The position numbers and the translations under genes were made by a program. Below the pieces are notes generated by a model. That model was given only the letters and a program-made list of their open reading frames with translations, ran no database searches and had not been told where the DNA came from. From a virus, in IMG/VR virus record IMGVR_UViG_3300035698_024626, positions 1-64,000 of that record: 64,000 nucleotides of DNA. One strand, written 5' to 3'. Positions 52,257 to 61,939 of this stretch are shown one piece after another. Position 1 is the first letter of the stretch; each line of letters opens with the position of its first letter.

Positions 52257-53456
52257 TCCTAAAACAAACCGATGATTATATCTTCATTCACGGACATGCA
52301 GGCAGAGTTCTCCTAAAAAATAACATCACAAAGCAACATGAAGTCTGGGTAAGGGCGGAGCCAGGAGCGTTAGCAAGTATTATCTGGTGCTTTTACAACC
52401 ATTCATTTTGGTTGACTTTCGATCACGTAGCTACCGAAGCCGATATTAGCGAAGCACATGAATTGTAGAAAGGAGTGAACTATGTGTAATTATTCATTTA
52501 TCTGTCCAGCGTGCGGGAAAAAGGCTGGTGTCGAAGAAATCACCCTCTGTGAAGGCGTGATATCCGAAGTAACTGGCTTTCACAAAGACAAAAATGGCAA
52601 CTTTTGTGGATGTGAATGCAAAGATGGTCATGGTTACGGCGAGATTGTTAACGTAATCTATCAATGCACTGCTTGCGGAGCAGAACTTAACTTTGTTTAC
52701 GATAATAATGATGATTGCGAAATTCCGGACTGTATAACTTTAAAAAAGGAGAAACCATAATGAGCCGTTGTTACGAAATAACCATCTCGGTAATGAAGCA
52801 CAACACTGGTCGTGTCGAGGAAATAGTTGATGCGTTATTGAGTCTCGGCTACGAAGCCTACTGCGACACTTTTGGGGATGTGATCCAGTTCTACTCCGAG
52901 ACCATCAACATCACCGCCGGGCACAATGATGAATCGGTAGCCCGTGAAATCGTGGAGACTATCTGGGAGGCGAACGGCGCATTCTGCAAAGTCGATGTTG
53001 AAATGCTTGACTTGGATGCTGACTATCCGTCATATTCGTGGGATGAAGCGTCTTTTGACGAATGGCACAAGGCAAGTAAAAATGAAAAGTGAATTCGAAA
53101 CAACAATGGAAAAGTTGAAGCAAAAGGAGTACAAAGATTATGGCAATTCCCTAAAGTGATTACATCGAAGAGGCGTGGGGTACGTGCGTAACAATAGAAA
53201 TGATTCGATCGCACCATACCGAGACCGAAATTGAACATTTTTGCGCATGGTATTTTGGTCAGACTGGACCAGTCTTGTCAAATGGCACCCTCGGCATCTA
53301 CTCTTGGGATTACGAAAGGTGGTGTAGAGAAGGGAATTTGGATCATCAATTACCAGCAACATGGGATTGAATGTAAGTAATGCAAGGATGGATGTTCCAT
53401 CCTTTGGTCCGTTGTCTTGGTGGCGCATAGTCACCGATTACACATGGGAGAATGTG

Positions 53457-53696
53457 ATGATTAATGTAACTTTAATTACGAACAATGGTGCGGGCGTACC
53501 CGCGAGGATTCCTGTGGTCGAAGGTACGACCCTGGAAAAGTTCTTGGAAGTTTCGTTTGAAGGCGACCCGGATGAGTTCACTATTCGGGTTCGCGCCAAC
53601 GGGGAGACTGTTGAAGTCGAGCAGGATTATGTTCTCCAGGATGGGGATCGCATTTCAATGGCACCTACTAAAATTGATGGTGCAGTAGTACTGTAA
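53457..53696 (+). CDS. Ubiquitin-like beta-grasp protein (pro-form ending KIDG-AVVL)
   Basis: 79 aa; VTLI...IPVVEGTTLEKFL...IRVRANG...DYVLQDGDRISMAPTKIDG matches the MoaD/ThiS/Ubl pattern; GGGAG RBS. Confidence 0.85.
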   Translation: MINVTLITNNGAGVPARIPVVEGTTLEKFLEVSFEGDPDEFTIRVRANGETVEVEQDYVLQDGDRISMAPTKIDGAVVL

Positions 53697-53781
53697 TTTA
53701 TCAAGCTATACTGTAGGTTGATTTAGCCGATGGTATAACTTCGATTAACGAGTTTTAGGGAACCAACAAAAGGAGAAGAAC

Positions 53782-54021
53782 ATGAAGGGTCCAGGAACAA
53801 AAAGTCAGCAAATCCAATCGTTGAGGGACAAGGTTGGCGCTGCCGGTGTGAAAAACGTTGACACTATCGTCAAAGATTATTCGCCAAGCGAAATTGCGTT
53901 GGCGTATAGGCTCTCTCGCAGAAGCACCGCACTTCCCAAGTCAGTTACCAATCTGTTAGGCAACCTTCCTGAAGGTGAAGCCAAGGCAATTCGCGACAAG
54001 CTTTTGGCAGCCAAGGGCTAA
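53782..54021 (+). CDS. Small basic helical protein downstream of the Ubl
   Basis: AAGGAG RBS, 79 aa, Lys-rich; followed by a terminator. Confidence 0.75.
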   Translation: MKGPGTKSQQIQSLRDKVGAAGVKNVDTIVKDYSPSEIALAYRLSRRSTALPKSVTNLLGNLPEGEAKAIRDKLLAAKG

Positions 54022-54044
54022 CGGCTACAACAAGTCAAATTCCC

Positions 54045-54082
54045 AGAGGGGGTGGGGGGAGTATTCCCCCGCCCCTTTCTTT
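54045..54082 (+). terminator. Intrinsic terminator
   Basis: GGGGTGGGGGGA-gta-TTCCCCCGCCCC then TTTCTTT. Confidence 0.7.
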
Positions 54083-54132
54083 ATGGTGCTAAAGCGGGAA
54101 GAAAACCAGAACCTATCCTCAAGGATTTTCAA

Positions 54133-54417
54133 ATGAATCAAATTACTTTGCAACCAACGATTTTCATCAACTATCCGCAGAAAAGCCTGAGAAGAATTGA
54201 GACCTACGGTTATCGTATGTACGACGACGAAGGTCAAACTTATTTCAGTAGGTGGAAGTCTATCCCCGATAATAGCCTGGAGGTTCTGAGACAAGCTCTC
54301 GAAGATGCAGATGAGGTCGCTGGAGACATGTTCAGCTACGTACTAGAACACCAATGCGGAATGAACATAGGCGACGAGTGGTATGATTGGGACGAAATTA
54401 GCCATCTGTTTGAATAG
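54133..54417 (+). CDS. Hypothetical acidic protein
   Basis: ATG after AAGGA; MNQITLQPTIF... Confidence 0.6.
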   Translation: MNQITLQPTIFINYPQKSLRRIETYGYRMYDDEGQTYFSRWKSIPDNSLEVLRQALEDADEVAGDMFSYVLEHQCGMNIGDEWYDWDEISHLFE

Positions 54418-54430
54418 GCAGAAATTCGTT

Positions 54431-55621
54431 ATGAACGAAAAACTAATACAACGTGCTGCGATTAAATACCAGCAGTGGATGGTTGCCGAATCGCATCGCC
54501 CATGCTGTATTTCCAAAAACACAATCGACAACCATCTCGCAACGGTCTCACTCCAAGTGAGCCAAATGCAAACATGGAGCGAACGGTTTTTTCGCGGTCA
54601 ATACCCCCGTGTCACTCACGGTCTCCTCGGCCCAGAAGTATACAAAAACATTGCCACGAATATGATCCCCGCTTTGGGGATCGATGCGGTAAATGGCATC
54701 AACCTCGCAATTAAAACCCTCAAGAAAATAATAAAAAACACAATCTCACCCATCACACTAAGAGGAGCAATCGAGGAAATCACGATCGTCACCAAAGCAT
54801 GGCAAAGGGTTAAATTCAAAGACAACACGCTGGCAGTTCTCATTTCCGATGTCACCTTGTCTGACGAAAACCAAGAGGTAAACTTAGGAAGCTTTTGGAT
54901 ACATTTGAACCTTACTAATCCCAACGAAGAGTTAAGAACCTACTCGGTCGATGAGGTTATGTCGGAAGATGGCAACTACTGCCACCCTCATATAACAAAC
55001 GGTGAACTCTGCGAAGGTGATGGCAAGTATCTGATGCAAGAAGCTCTTAGTCAAGGCCGGTTGGAAGATTACTTTAGAATTGTCGAAGCTATCCTTAGAA
55101 CGTACAACTATAAATCCCCCTACGCAAAACTCGAAGAATGGTATAATCCTTCACATGAAAGCGAATTCTACTGCGAACAATGCGACGAGTGGCGACTTGA
55201 AGAGGATGGGTGTTGGTGCGAAGGGTGTCAAACACAACACTGTGAGTCCTGCGCTGCCGGTGGTTGCTGTATCGACTGTGGCGAATGGAACTGCGACGAG
55301 TGTGGTAAGTATTGTAGCGACTGTGGAGAAAGAGTGTGTCATGATTGTGTAAGTGATTGCGAGGATTGTGGCAATCACCTTTGTTCATCATGTCTGGTTG
55401 GGTGCTCAAACTGTGCAAATTATTACTGTAAACATTGTATAGTGTCCTGTGATGATTGCGGTGACAACATATGCAAAGAATGTCGAATAGAATGCGACGA
55501 GTGTAGGAAAACTCTGTGCCCTGAGTGTGTACAAAAGTGTTGTGATGAATGTGGTCGAGAATTGTGCGATAATTGTATTAAGCAGGATTGTGGCTGTTTA
55601 CTAACAAAAATGGACAAATAA
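54431..55621 (+). CDS. E2 (UBC-fold) conjugating enzyme fused to tandem CxxC Zn-binding tail
   Basis: YCHPHITNGELCEGDG parallels the E2 HPN...C active site; followed by ILRTYN..SPY; 17 CxxC units at the C-terminus. Confidence 0.75.
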   Translation: MNEKLIQRAAIKYQQWMVAESHRPCCISKNTIDNHLATVSLQVSQMQTWSERFFRGQYPRVTHGLLGPEVYKNIATNMIPALGIDAVNGINLAIKTLKKIIKNTISPITLRGAIEEITIVTKAWQRVKFKDNTLAVLISDVTLSDENQEVNLGSFWIHLNLTNPNEELRTYSVDEVMSEDGNYCHPHITNGELCEGDGKYLMQEALSQGRLEDYFRIVEAILRTYNYKSPYAKLEEWYNPSHESEFYCEQCDEWRLEEDGCWCEGCQTQHCESCAAGGCCIDCGEWNCDECGKYCSDCGERVCHDCVSDCEDCGNHLCSSCLVGCSNCANYYCKHCIVSCDDCGDNICKECRIECDECRKTLCPECVQKCCDECGRELCDNCIKQDCGCLLTKMDK

Positions 55622-55626
55622 AATCA

Positions 55627-56379
55627 TCATAAGCGATAATCATGAATTTTTTGGACGAGAGCAAGAAATTCGTCGGGCGTTTGATCAGCCTTCATTTTAT
55701 TCACATCCCTCGTTACCCATTCTAGATTGGTTATATTTGAGGCTAGATCAGGGAACTTAGCTCGTGGAAATTTATGATCTAATGAATCGTTCAACCCCAA
55801 TATGAGATGCTCACCGGTATATGGACATTTCCAATCTTGTGATTCCAACAAGGCCAGTAATGTTTGCCAATAGCCAACCGTTTTCAAATGATAACGAGAC
55901 TTATTCTTGATGTAACAGACCTGGCATAAAACAGCATAATGCATCCTGTAATTTTTCCCACAATAATGGCATAAACCGGCATCTGTCAATGATGCCCTAC
56001 GTTGCTTTTCCCAATTCCTTATTCTCATCAAACAGGATTCACATGATTTTTTACCAGAAGTTTTTCCGCCACATTGACCACACAATCCTTGTCTAATCCA
56101 AGTATCTCGTCGTTGTTTACAATAAGCATTTTTCTGCTCTAAACAACTAGAACAGCGAGTACGCCCGTGCTCAACCTTCTGATTACATTGCACACACTGC
56201 CCTTGGATTTTCCTTTTTTCTATTGCAATAAGTAATTGATGACATCTTTTGTTAGCGCACTTGTCACAATACGCCCCGCCATCTGTTTTAACTCCACATG
56301 AGAGACACAAGTGCTTCTTACGTCTTGCCTGAGAGTATTCTTTTGAGTATTCACGAAATTTCTCTTTAGTCCACGCCAT
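55627..56379 (-). CDS. HNH endonuclease with Cys-rich repeats, inserted antisense
   Basis: CPYTG...SLDHKFPR...NLEWVTRDVNKMK; repeated CxxC...CxxC units; own GGTGTATAAT promoter 7 nt before ATG 56379. Confidence 0.8.
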   Translation of the reverse strand: MAWTKEKFREYSKEYSQARRKKHLCLSCGVKTDGGAYCDKCANKRCHQLLIAIEKRKIQGQCVQCNQKVEHGRTRCSSCLEQKNAYCKQRRDTWIRQGLCGQCGGKTSGKKSCESCLMRIRNWEKQRRASLTDAGLCHYCGKNYRMHYAVLCQVCYIKNKSRYHLKTVGYWQTLLALLESQDWKCPYTGEHLILGLNDSLDHKFPRAKFPDLASNITNLEWVTRDVNKMKADQTPDEFLALVQKIHDYRL

Positions 56380-56423
56380 CGCAAATATTATACACCAACT
56401 CAAACCCTTTTAAGGAGAAAAAG

Positions 56424-57350
56424 ATGGATATGACAAAAAAAACTTTAAAAATCACAAAGCCCAAAACATCTTATGCCGACACGCTAAGAATTTCACCATT
56501 CGCTTTTGCAAAGATACGGTATTGGAGAGACTATGGGGACGTAGAGGTGGCGGCATATGCCACAACTGGAACAGATAATCCTCTGCTCATTACTGACTTT
56601 CGACTAATTAAGCAACAATCCTCAATAGGAGACTTTGATCTCGATCCTAATGATTTAGCCAAAGATGTCGAACGCACACTAGATGATGGGCTATGCCCAT
56701 GGCAGACCCACAACATCTTGGTGCACAGTCACCCAGGCAATTGCCCAAACCCATCTGGCACTGACGAACATAACTTTCAGAAAGCATTTTCCCATCCTGA
56801 TTGGGCAATCATGTTGATTATAGCCCAAGATGATTCTATGTATTGTCGTCTAAAACTCAACACCGGCCCAGGCGCAGAAAAACTACTGAAAGTCCAAATT
56901 GATTTTAGTCAAGAATTCCAAGCCTCCGACCATACGGCGTGGAAAACAGAGTACGAAAAGAAGGTTACAAAACAGCAATTCTTTATGATTGATGAAGAAG
57001 GCTTCTCAGCACAAGCACGAATACCAACAAACAAGATACAAACCGCCTGGGAAAAATACCTTGAAGGGTCTAATGACAACCAAGACATGGAACTTGACTG
57101 CGACTGGGATGAAGACGGAGCCGTTTCCTGTTTCAACGATGAAGACGGTACGTGGTATGTGTATGATCCTGTTACTCGACAGTGGTATGTAGAAGACCTT
57201 TTCGGTAATGATGAACACGTATCAGAAATCCAAGCTCCAAATGGACCATGGACAGCAAAAATCCTAGCGTGGGCAGAAAAACACGCTGATGAACGCAAAT
57301 TGGCAATGGAACGAAAGGACGATTATAATCGCAGTGGTTGCAGACCATAG
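56424..57350 (+). CDS. JAB/MPN+ metalloprotease (Ubl-processing/deconjugating)
   Basis: Glu in DVEVAAY plus exact H-x-H-x7-S-x2-D motif HSHPGNCPNPSGTD; acidic C-terminal domain. Confidence 0.85.
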   Translation: MDMTKKTLKITKPKTSYADTLRISPFAFAKIRYWRDYGDVEVAAYATTGTDNPLLITDFRLIKQQSSIGDFDLDPNDLAKDVERTLDDGLCPWQTHNILVHSHPGNCPNPSGTDEHNFQKAFSHPDWAIMLIIAQDDSMYCRLKLNTGPGAEKLLKVQIDFSQEFQASDHTAWKTEYEKKVTKQQFFMIDEEGFSAQARIPTNKIQTAWEKYLEGSNDNQDMELDCDWDEDGAVSCFNDEDGTWYVYDPVTRQWYVEDLFGNDEHVSEIQAPNGPWTAKILAWAEKHADERKLAMERKDDYNRSGCRP

Positions 57351-57701
57351 GACAATCAAGGATTAACCCATGAACAAATCACAACGTTATGTTGGACTGA
57401 CTTACCCTCGTCTTTTAGAGTGGAAAGTAATCCATAGTCTGTGGAAGAAATTCTTGTGTCCCAAACATATCCATCTGTTCGACGAAACCTTATCCTCTGA
57501 ACACACCTTAAACTGTAGTGCTTGTGGATTAGTGGTCCACATTGCCCTTATTGAAACTGAAGAAGAAGCTTGTGCCAGAGCGAAGAAGGGATTATATATA
57601 GCAACTTGGGCAATAAAACAAAGGGTAAGCCTGATGCTACGATAGAAGTAGATATGTCTAGATTTATTTGACCTGACTAGGGAACGGTTAAGGAGAAAAA
57701 A

Positions 57702-58358
57702 ATGACCATAATCGCAGACAGAAATATCCGCCAACGCGAACTTATCCCTCCAGACAAACTAGCACAAACAAGAATCACATTAATAGGTGTGGGCGCAATA
57801 GGCCGTCAAGCTGCGTTACAATTAAGTGCTATCGGCGTGCCCAAACTTCAATTGATAGACTTTGATTTTGTTGCGCCTGAAAATCTCGCTGCTCAAGGCT
57901 TTTATGAGCAAGACCTAAACTCGCCAAAAGTCGAAGCCGTAGCTAATGTTTGCAGAGCAATCAACTCAGAAATCGAAGTAACCACTGCAAATAAACGATT
58001 CACGGGGTTGCAATTTACTGGAGGTGTGATTTTTTGCTGTGTCGATAAAATCGAAACTCGCAGATCAATCTTCAATTCTGTAAAAAATCGTGCCAACTTG
58101 TGGATTGACTCCAGAATGTCTGCTGAGTACCTGCGGATACTAACAATCTATGATAATCCCTCCCAGGAATACTATTTGACAACTCTATTCCCTGCCGCAG
58201 AAGCATACCAAGGAAGTTGCACAAACAAAAGTATCATTTATTGTGCCAATATCGCCGCAGGAATGATGGTAGCACAGTTCGCCAAATGGCTTCGTGGATG
58301 CGACCTCAACATGGACATTGATCTTAATCTTCTCACCAATGAAATGGGAGTAAAATAA
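57702..58358 (+). CDS. E1/ThiF-family Ubl-activating adenylyltransferase
   Basis: RNIRQ Arg finger, IGVGAIG, IDFDFVAPENL, PKVE, CVD, candidate catalytic Cys in GSCT. Confidence 0.92.
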   Translation: MTIIADRNIRQRELIPPDKLAQTRITLIGVGAIGRQAALQLSAIGVPKLQLIDFDFVAPENLAAQGFYEQDLNSPKVEAVANVCRAINSEIEVTTANKRFTGLQFTGGVIFCCVDKIETRRSIFNSVKNRANLWIDSRMSAEYLRILTIYDNPSQEYYLTTLFPAAEAYQGSCTNKSIIYCANIAAGMMVAQFAKWLRGCDLNMDIDLNLLTNEMGVK

Positions 58359-58792
58359 ATGCTTACCTGTCCACTGTGCAACGGAGATGCAGAAGAATCT
58401 GGTACGCCAGATAAAATAACGTGCCTTTTCTGTGGTTATGAAGGCCTAGATGGGGGTAAAATATTCAAGACGGTTCGCATCTTAATGAAATCACGAGGAA
58501 AAGCAATCAATATCAACGTAATAGCATTAACCTTCGAAGAAGCATTTGGTTTCGTAGAAAAACACAATCTACGGGTAGACCCACTAATTGTGAAATGCGA
58601 CGACCCCCCAGGATACCGAAAAAAACACTGGCATGTGGGACAAACCGTACTCTCAAGCAACGGGTGGACTAATATTTCCAATTGGCTTGTCAAAGGGAAA
58701 ACAGCACTAGAAGCCATCTCTATCACAAAATCATTCATAGAAACAGGGGAAAACCATAAACTATACAACGAAGGTGTTCTCAACAAATCGGA

Positions 58793-59659
58793 GTGAAAGA
58801 TGTAGCAGTCTTGTGCCAGACATTAAACGAGGTTAATATTACGATGCGAAGCATGTCAGGACAGGAAACGCTAGGAATTGATGATTGGTATAATGTATGG
58901 AACGACACCAATGATTATAACGATTCGTGCGTTATTCGAGTAACAAATAAATGTAACGAGCAATGTCAACATTGCTGCTTTAGGTCAGGCCCCCTATGGA
59001 AAAAATATATATCAACTGAAAAAGCCATTAAGATAAATCAATGGTTGCCTAAAAAAATCACAATGTATATTATGGGGGGCGAATTTACCGTCTTAAAAAA
59101 TTATCCCGAAATTATATTAGCTTTAACGAAAAATAGAAAAAAAGTTCGTCTAGCTACTAACGGCCAATGGGCAACAACAAAAAAGAAATTACAAAAATTT
59201 GTCACAACTGTCAAACAAATCAAGAAGAATTGTAATGACTTAGATATATCCATTTCCGATGATCAATGGCATATCTCAAAAGGGGCAGTTAGTAAATATA
59301 AATTTATCAAATATAACACTGGCATCCCCGTTGCATTAAATCAAAACTGTAATCCAGCACCCATAGGAAGAGCGTGGGATAACAAATTAGTGTGTTTCCC
59401 AGAAATGTATGCATTATGTAAAACAAAAAAGTATTTAATTATAACAGAAGATAGTATGATCCATAGATGCTCATCCGGGTATTTCCCTTGGAAATCTTTC
59501 GAAGAAACCACTTGGGATGATGCCAGAGATTATATCTGGAGATGGAGATCAGAAAAACTTTCAGAAGGCATGAATTGCCATATTTGCATGGAAATAGTAG
59601 CAGCAGCTCGACATAGAATCGTTGGAAGTGAAGCACCACCAAACACAAAAGAGGAATAA
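58793..59659 (+). CDS. Radical SAM protein
   Basis: TNKCNEQCQHCC (CxxxCxxC), MGGE, ATNG, ISDDQWH, PIGRA. Confidence 0.85.
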   Translation: MKDVAVLCQTLNEVNITMRSMSGQETLGIDDWYNVWNDTNDYNDSCVIRVTNKCNEQCQHCCFRSGPLWKKYISTEKAIKINQWLPKKITMYIMGGEFTVLKNYPEIILALTKNRKKVRLATNGQWATTKKKLQKFVTTVKQIKKNCNDLDISISDDQWHISKGAVSKYKFIKYNTGIPVALNQNCNPAPIGRAWDNKLVCFPEMYALCKTKKYLIITEDSMIHRCSSGYFPWKSFEETTWDDARDYIWRWRSEKLSEGMNCHICMEIVAAARHRIVGSEAPPNTKEE

Positions 59660-60244
59660 ATGCCTAAAAAAATCCACAGAATTGTAGTCATCGATCTAGA
59701 ATGTACATGCTGGGACGATCCAGGAGATCAGAAACCAGAAATTATAGAAATAGGCGCATGCCTGTACAACAATCGAACGAGGGAAATTACTAACTCAATC
59801 AACCTAGTGGTCCGTCCCCATCACTTGGATATCAGCGACTATTGCACAAACCTTACGGGCCTGACAGAAAAAGCGGTGATACAGGGCATATGGCTCCACG
59901 AAGCTCTAGGGACACTAAAGAAAGACCTGCCTTTGCGGTCCTGCGCTTGGGCTAGTTGGGGAGATTTTGATCGTGTTCATTTAGCGAAAGAGTGTGCGGG
60001 AAAATCCATTGAATATCCCTTTAGTCAGACGCATATCAATATCAAATCCCTCTTCGGCCTGATGATGCACGATAAGGTCGGGGTAGGCTTAGGCAAGGCA
60101 ATAGATCGTTTAGGGATGACTTTTGAAGGTAAACCCCACCGAGCAGTAGATGATGCTTACAATGCAGCTAAAGTTTTGCAGAAACTTTCAGAGTTTGAGT
60201 TACCAACGGGTATTGTTGATTGTATTTTGGAGCCAACACCATGA
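59660..60244 (+). CDS. DEDDh 3'-5' exonuclease (ERI-1/KapD-like)
   Basis: VIDLECTCW, EIIEIG, SWGDFD, HRAVDDAYN. Confidence 0.9.
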   Translation: MPKKIHRIVVIDLECTCWDDPGDQKPEIIEIGACLYNNRTREITNSINLVVRPHHLDISDYCTNLTGLTEKAVIQGIWLHEALGTLKKDLPLRSCAWASWGDFDRVHLAKECAGKSIEYPFSQTHINIKSLFGLMMHDKVGVGLGKAIDRLGMTFEGKPHRAVDDAYNAAKVLQKLSEFELPTGIVDCILEPTP

Positions 60245-61548
60245 CGAGTCAAGACAAACTACTATGTTATGAGGTGTAAAACAATGACATGGAATGAATT
60301 AAAACCCTTGATAGAACGCATGTCTCCTGAGCAACAACAAACAGATGTGACAATATATGTGTCTGCCATAGACGAAACATATGTGGCAACAACTCTAGCA
60401 GAAGTGCCTTATGGGCCTATTAAAAATAGTCTGTGTGGCGGCGTACTTGATGATGGCCACCCATTTCTTGTCACAGTTTAGGAGTAATAACAATGTCCAA
60501 AGGAAAACCTGACCCTCAATGCCAGGACTGTAAAGGGACAGGGCAAATCACGCTCTTTACCTCAATAAGCATATGTGATTGCGTTAATCGTAAGTCGGTA
60601 ATCACAGATTTGAAGGAAGACTATCCCCACCCCTCAAAATACATCAAGAGCGAAGATTTCAAAATTAAGACGATTTACCCGTCGGACATTCCCTTTTAAA
60701 AAGAGAAAATAATGAACAACGAAACGGAAAAGAATCGCACTTACGATCATCTCACCACTGAGCAGCTTATCATACTCGATGAACTATTGTTCGAGGTCAT
60801 GTTTGAAGATATGCAGAGAGACCCGTACTATCTGGAGGACTGTTTACTTGATTACATTGAGAGGATGGACGTTGCAACTAAGCTTGCTGCACTATCTAGT
60901 GATGAAGAATCTCGCCGGGAGTTGTTGGGATTTGATCCAGAGGACTGCAACAACGATTAGTATCTTAGACTAGTTTAGTGTGTAAGATTTTAGGAGTGAT
61001 AAACCAATGAAGTGGATAAATGTAAACGACAGAATCCCGCCCATATTCGACAAATTTCTTGGAGACAGCGAAAAAGTGCTATGTCAAGATAGCAAAGGAC
61101 AGACCTTTATAGGTTATGTTAGACACGAAACAGACGTGGCATTCGACCGCCTTCCCAGTTGGATTCAAGACGGAGGAGATATGTATGATCTACAGGACAT
61201 CATTAGATGGATTCCTCTGAAGTATGTGGTTGAATCAATCTCACCAAATCAACAGGAGCTTATCGATGAATGACGAAACAAGTAAACGAAACGTTAAGGC
61301 GCTGGTTAGTGAATATCATCAGTTAAGTGGGGCCTGTAGCAGAGCGCAAGCTAAAATTATTCAAGTTACCAACCGTCGCGAACGAATTTTGGAGGAAATT
61401 GCCAAGAAAATCACTACGCCATCGCCCGTTGTTATCCGTATCGGCAGTCAATCATTCGTGGTAGAATCTGGCACGGGGAAAATAGCGGCCATTCGTCTCG
61501 CAGTAACAATTACTTGACACGAATTCCAATTAGAAAATAGGTTTGTGA

Positions 61549-61576
61549 AAACAAATTCCCAAGTTCAACGTATAAC
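61549..61576 (+). promoter_or_regulatory. Phage bipartite promoter AAACAAA-N11-AACGTATAAC
   Basis: Intergenic, same spacing as four other copies; upstream of ORF 61655. Confidence 0.6.
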
Positions 61577-61939
61577 CTCTATGTCTTAAGTTAATTGAAG
61601 CTGGTTCGTTGTTGAATCAGTATGAATTGTAATCGCTACCGAAAGGAATAAACCATGTCCGATGAAGCACCAACAGTCCAAAAGGATTCGGCATTCGAAA
61701 TTATTGAACTAAACACCAAAACCGGAGAAACCATTGTCATTATTCAAAAGGGCATTATAGGTGCTTTGGCGAATCAGTTGAAAAACACTAGTGACAAGCG
61801 CAAGGCCAGTTCAATTTTAAGAAAACTTGGATATACCCTTAGCGATTGTGGAGACATACATTATGAGACCAAGCAAGTAAGCGATACTGATATCAACCCA
61901 AGTATTGTAACAGACCGAATGGAGGAGTGATAAGTTAGG

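Noticed and set aside
53457-58358. Thiamine or molybdopterin sulfur-relay genes
   Set aside because: No ThiG, MoaE, rhodanese or desulfurase nearby; an E2-like protein is present; the E1 lacks the MoeB-type Zn CxxC pairs
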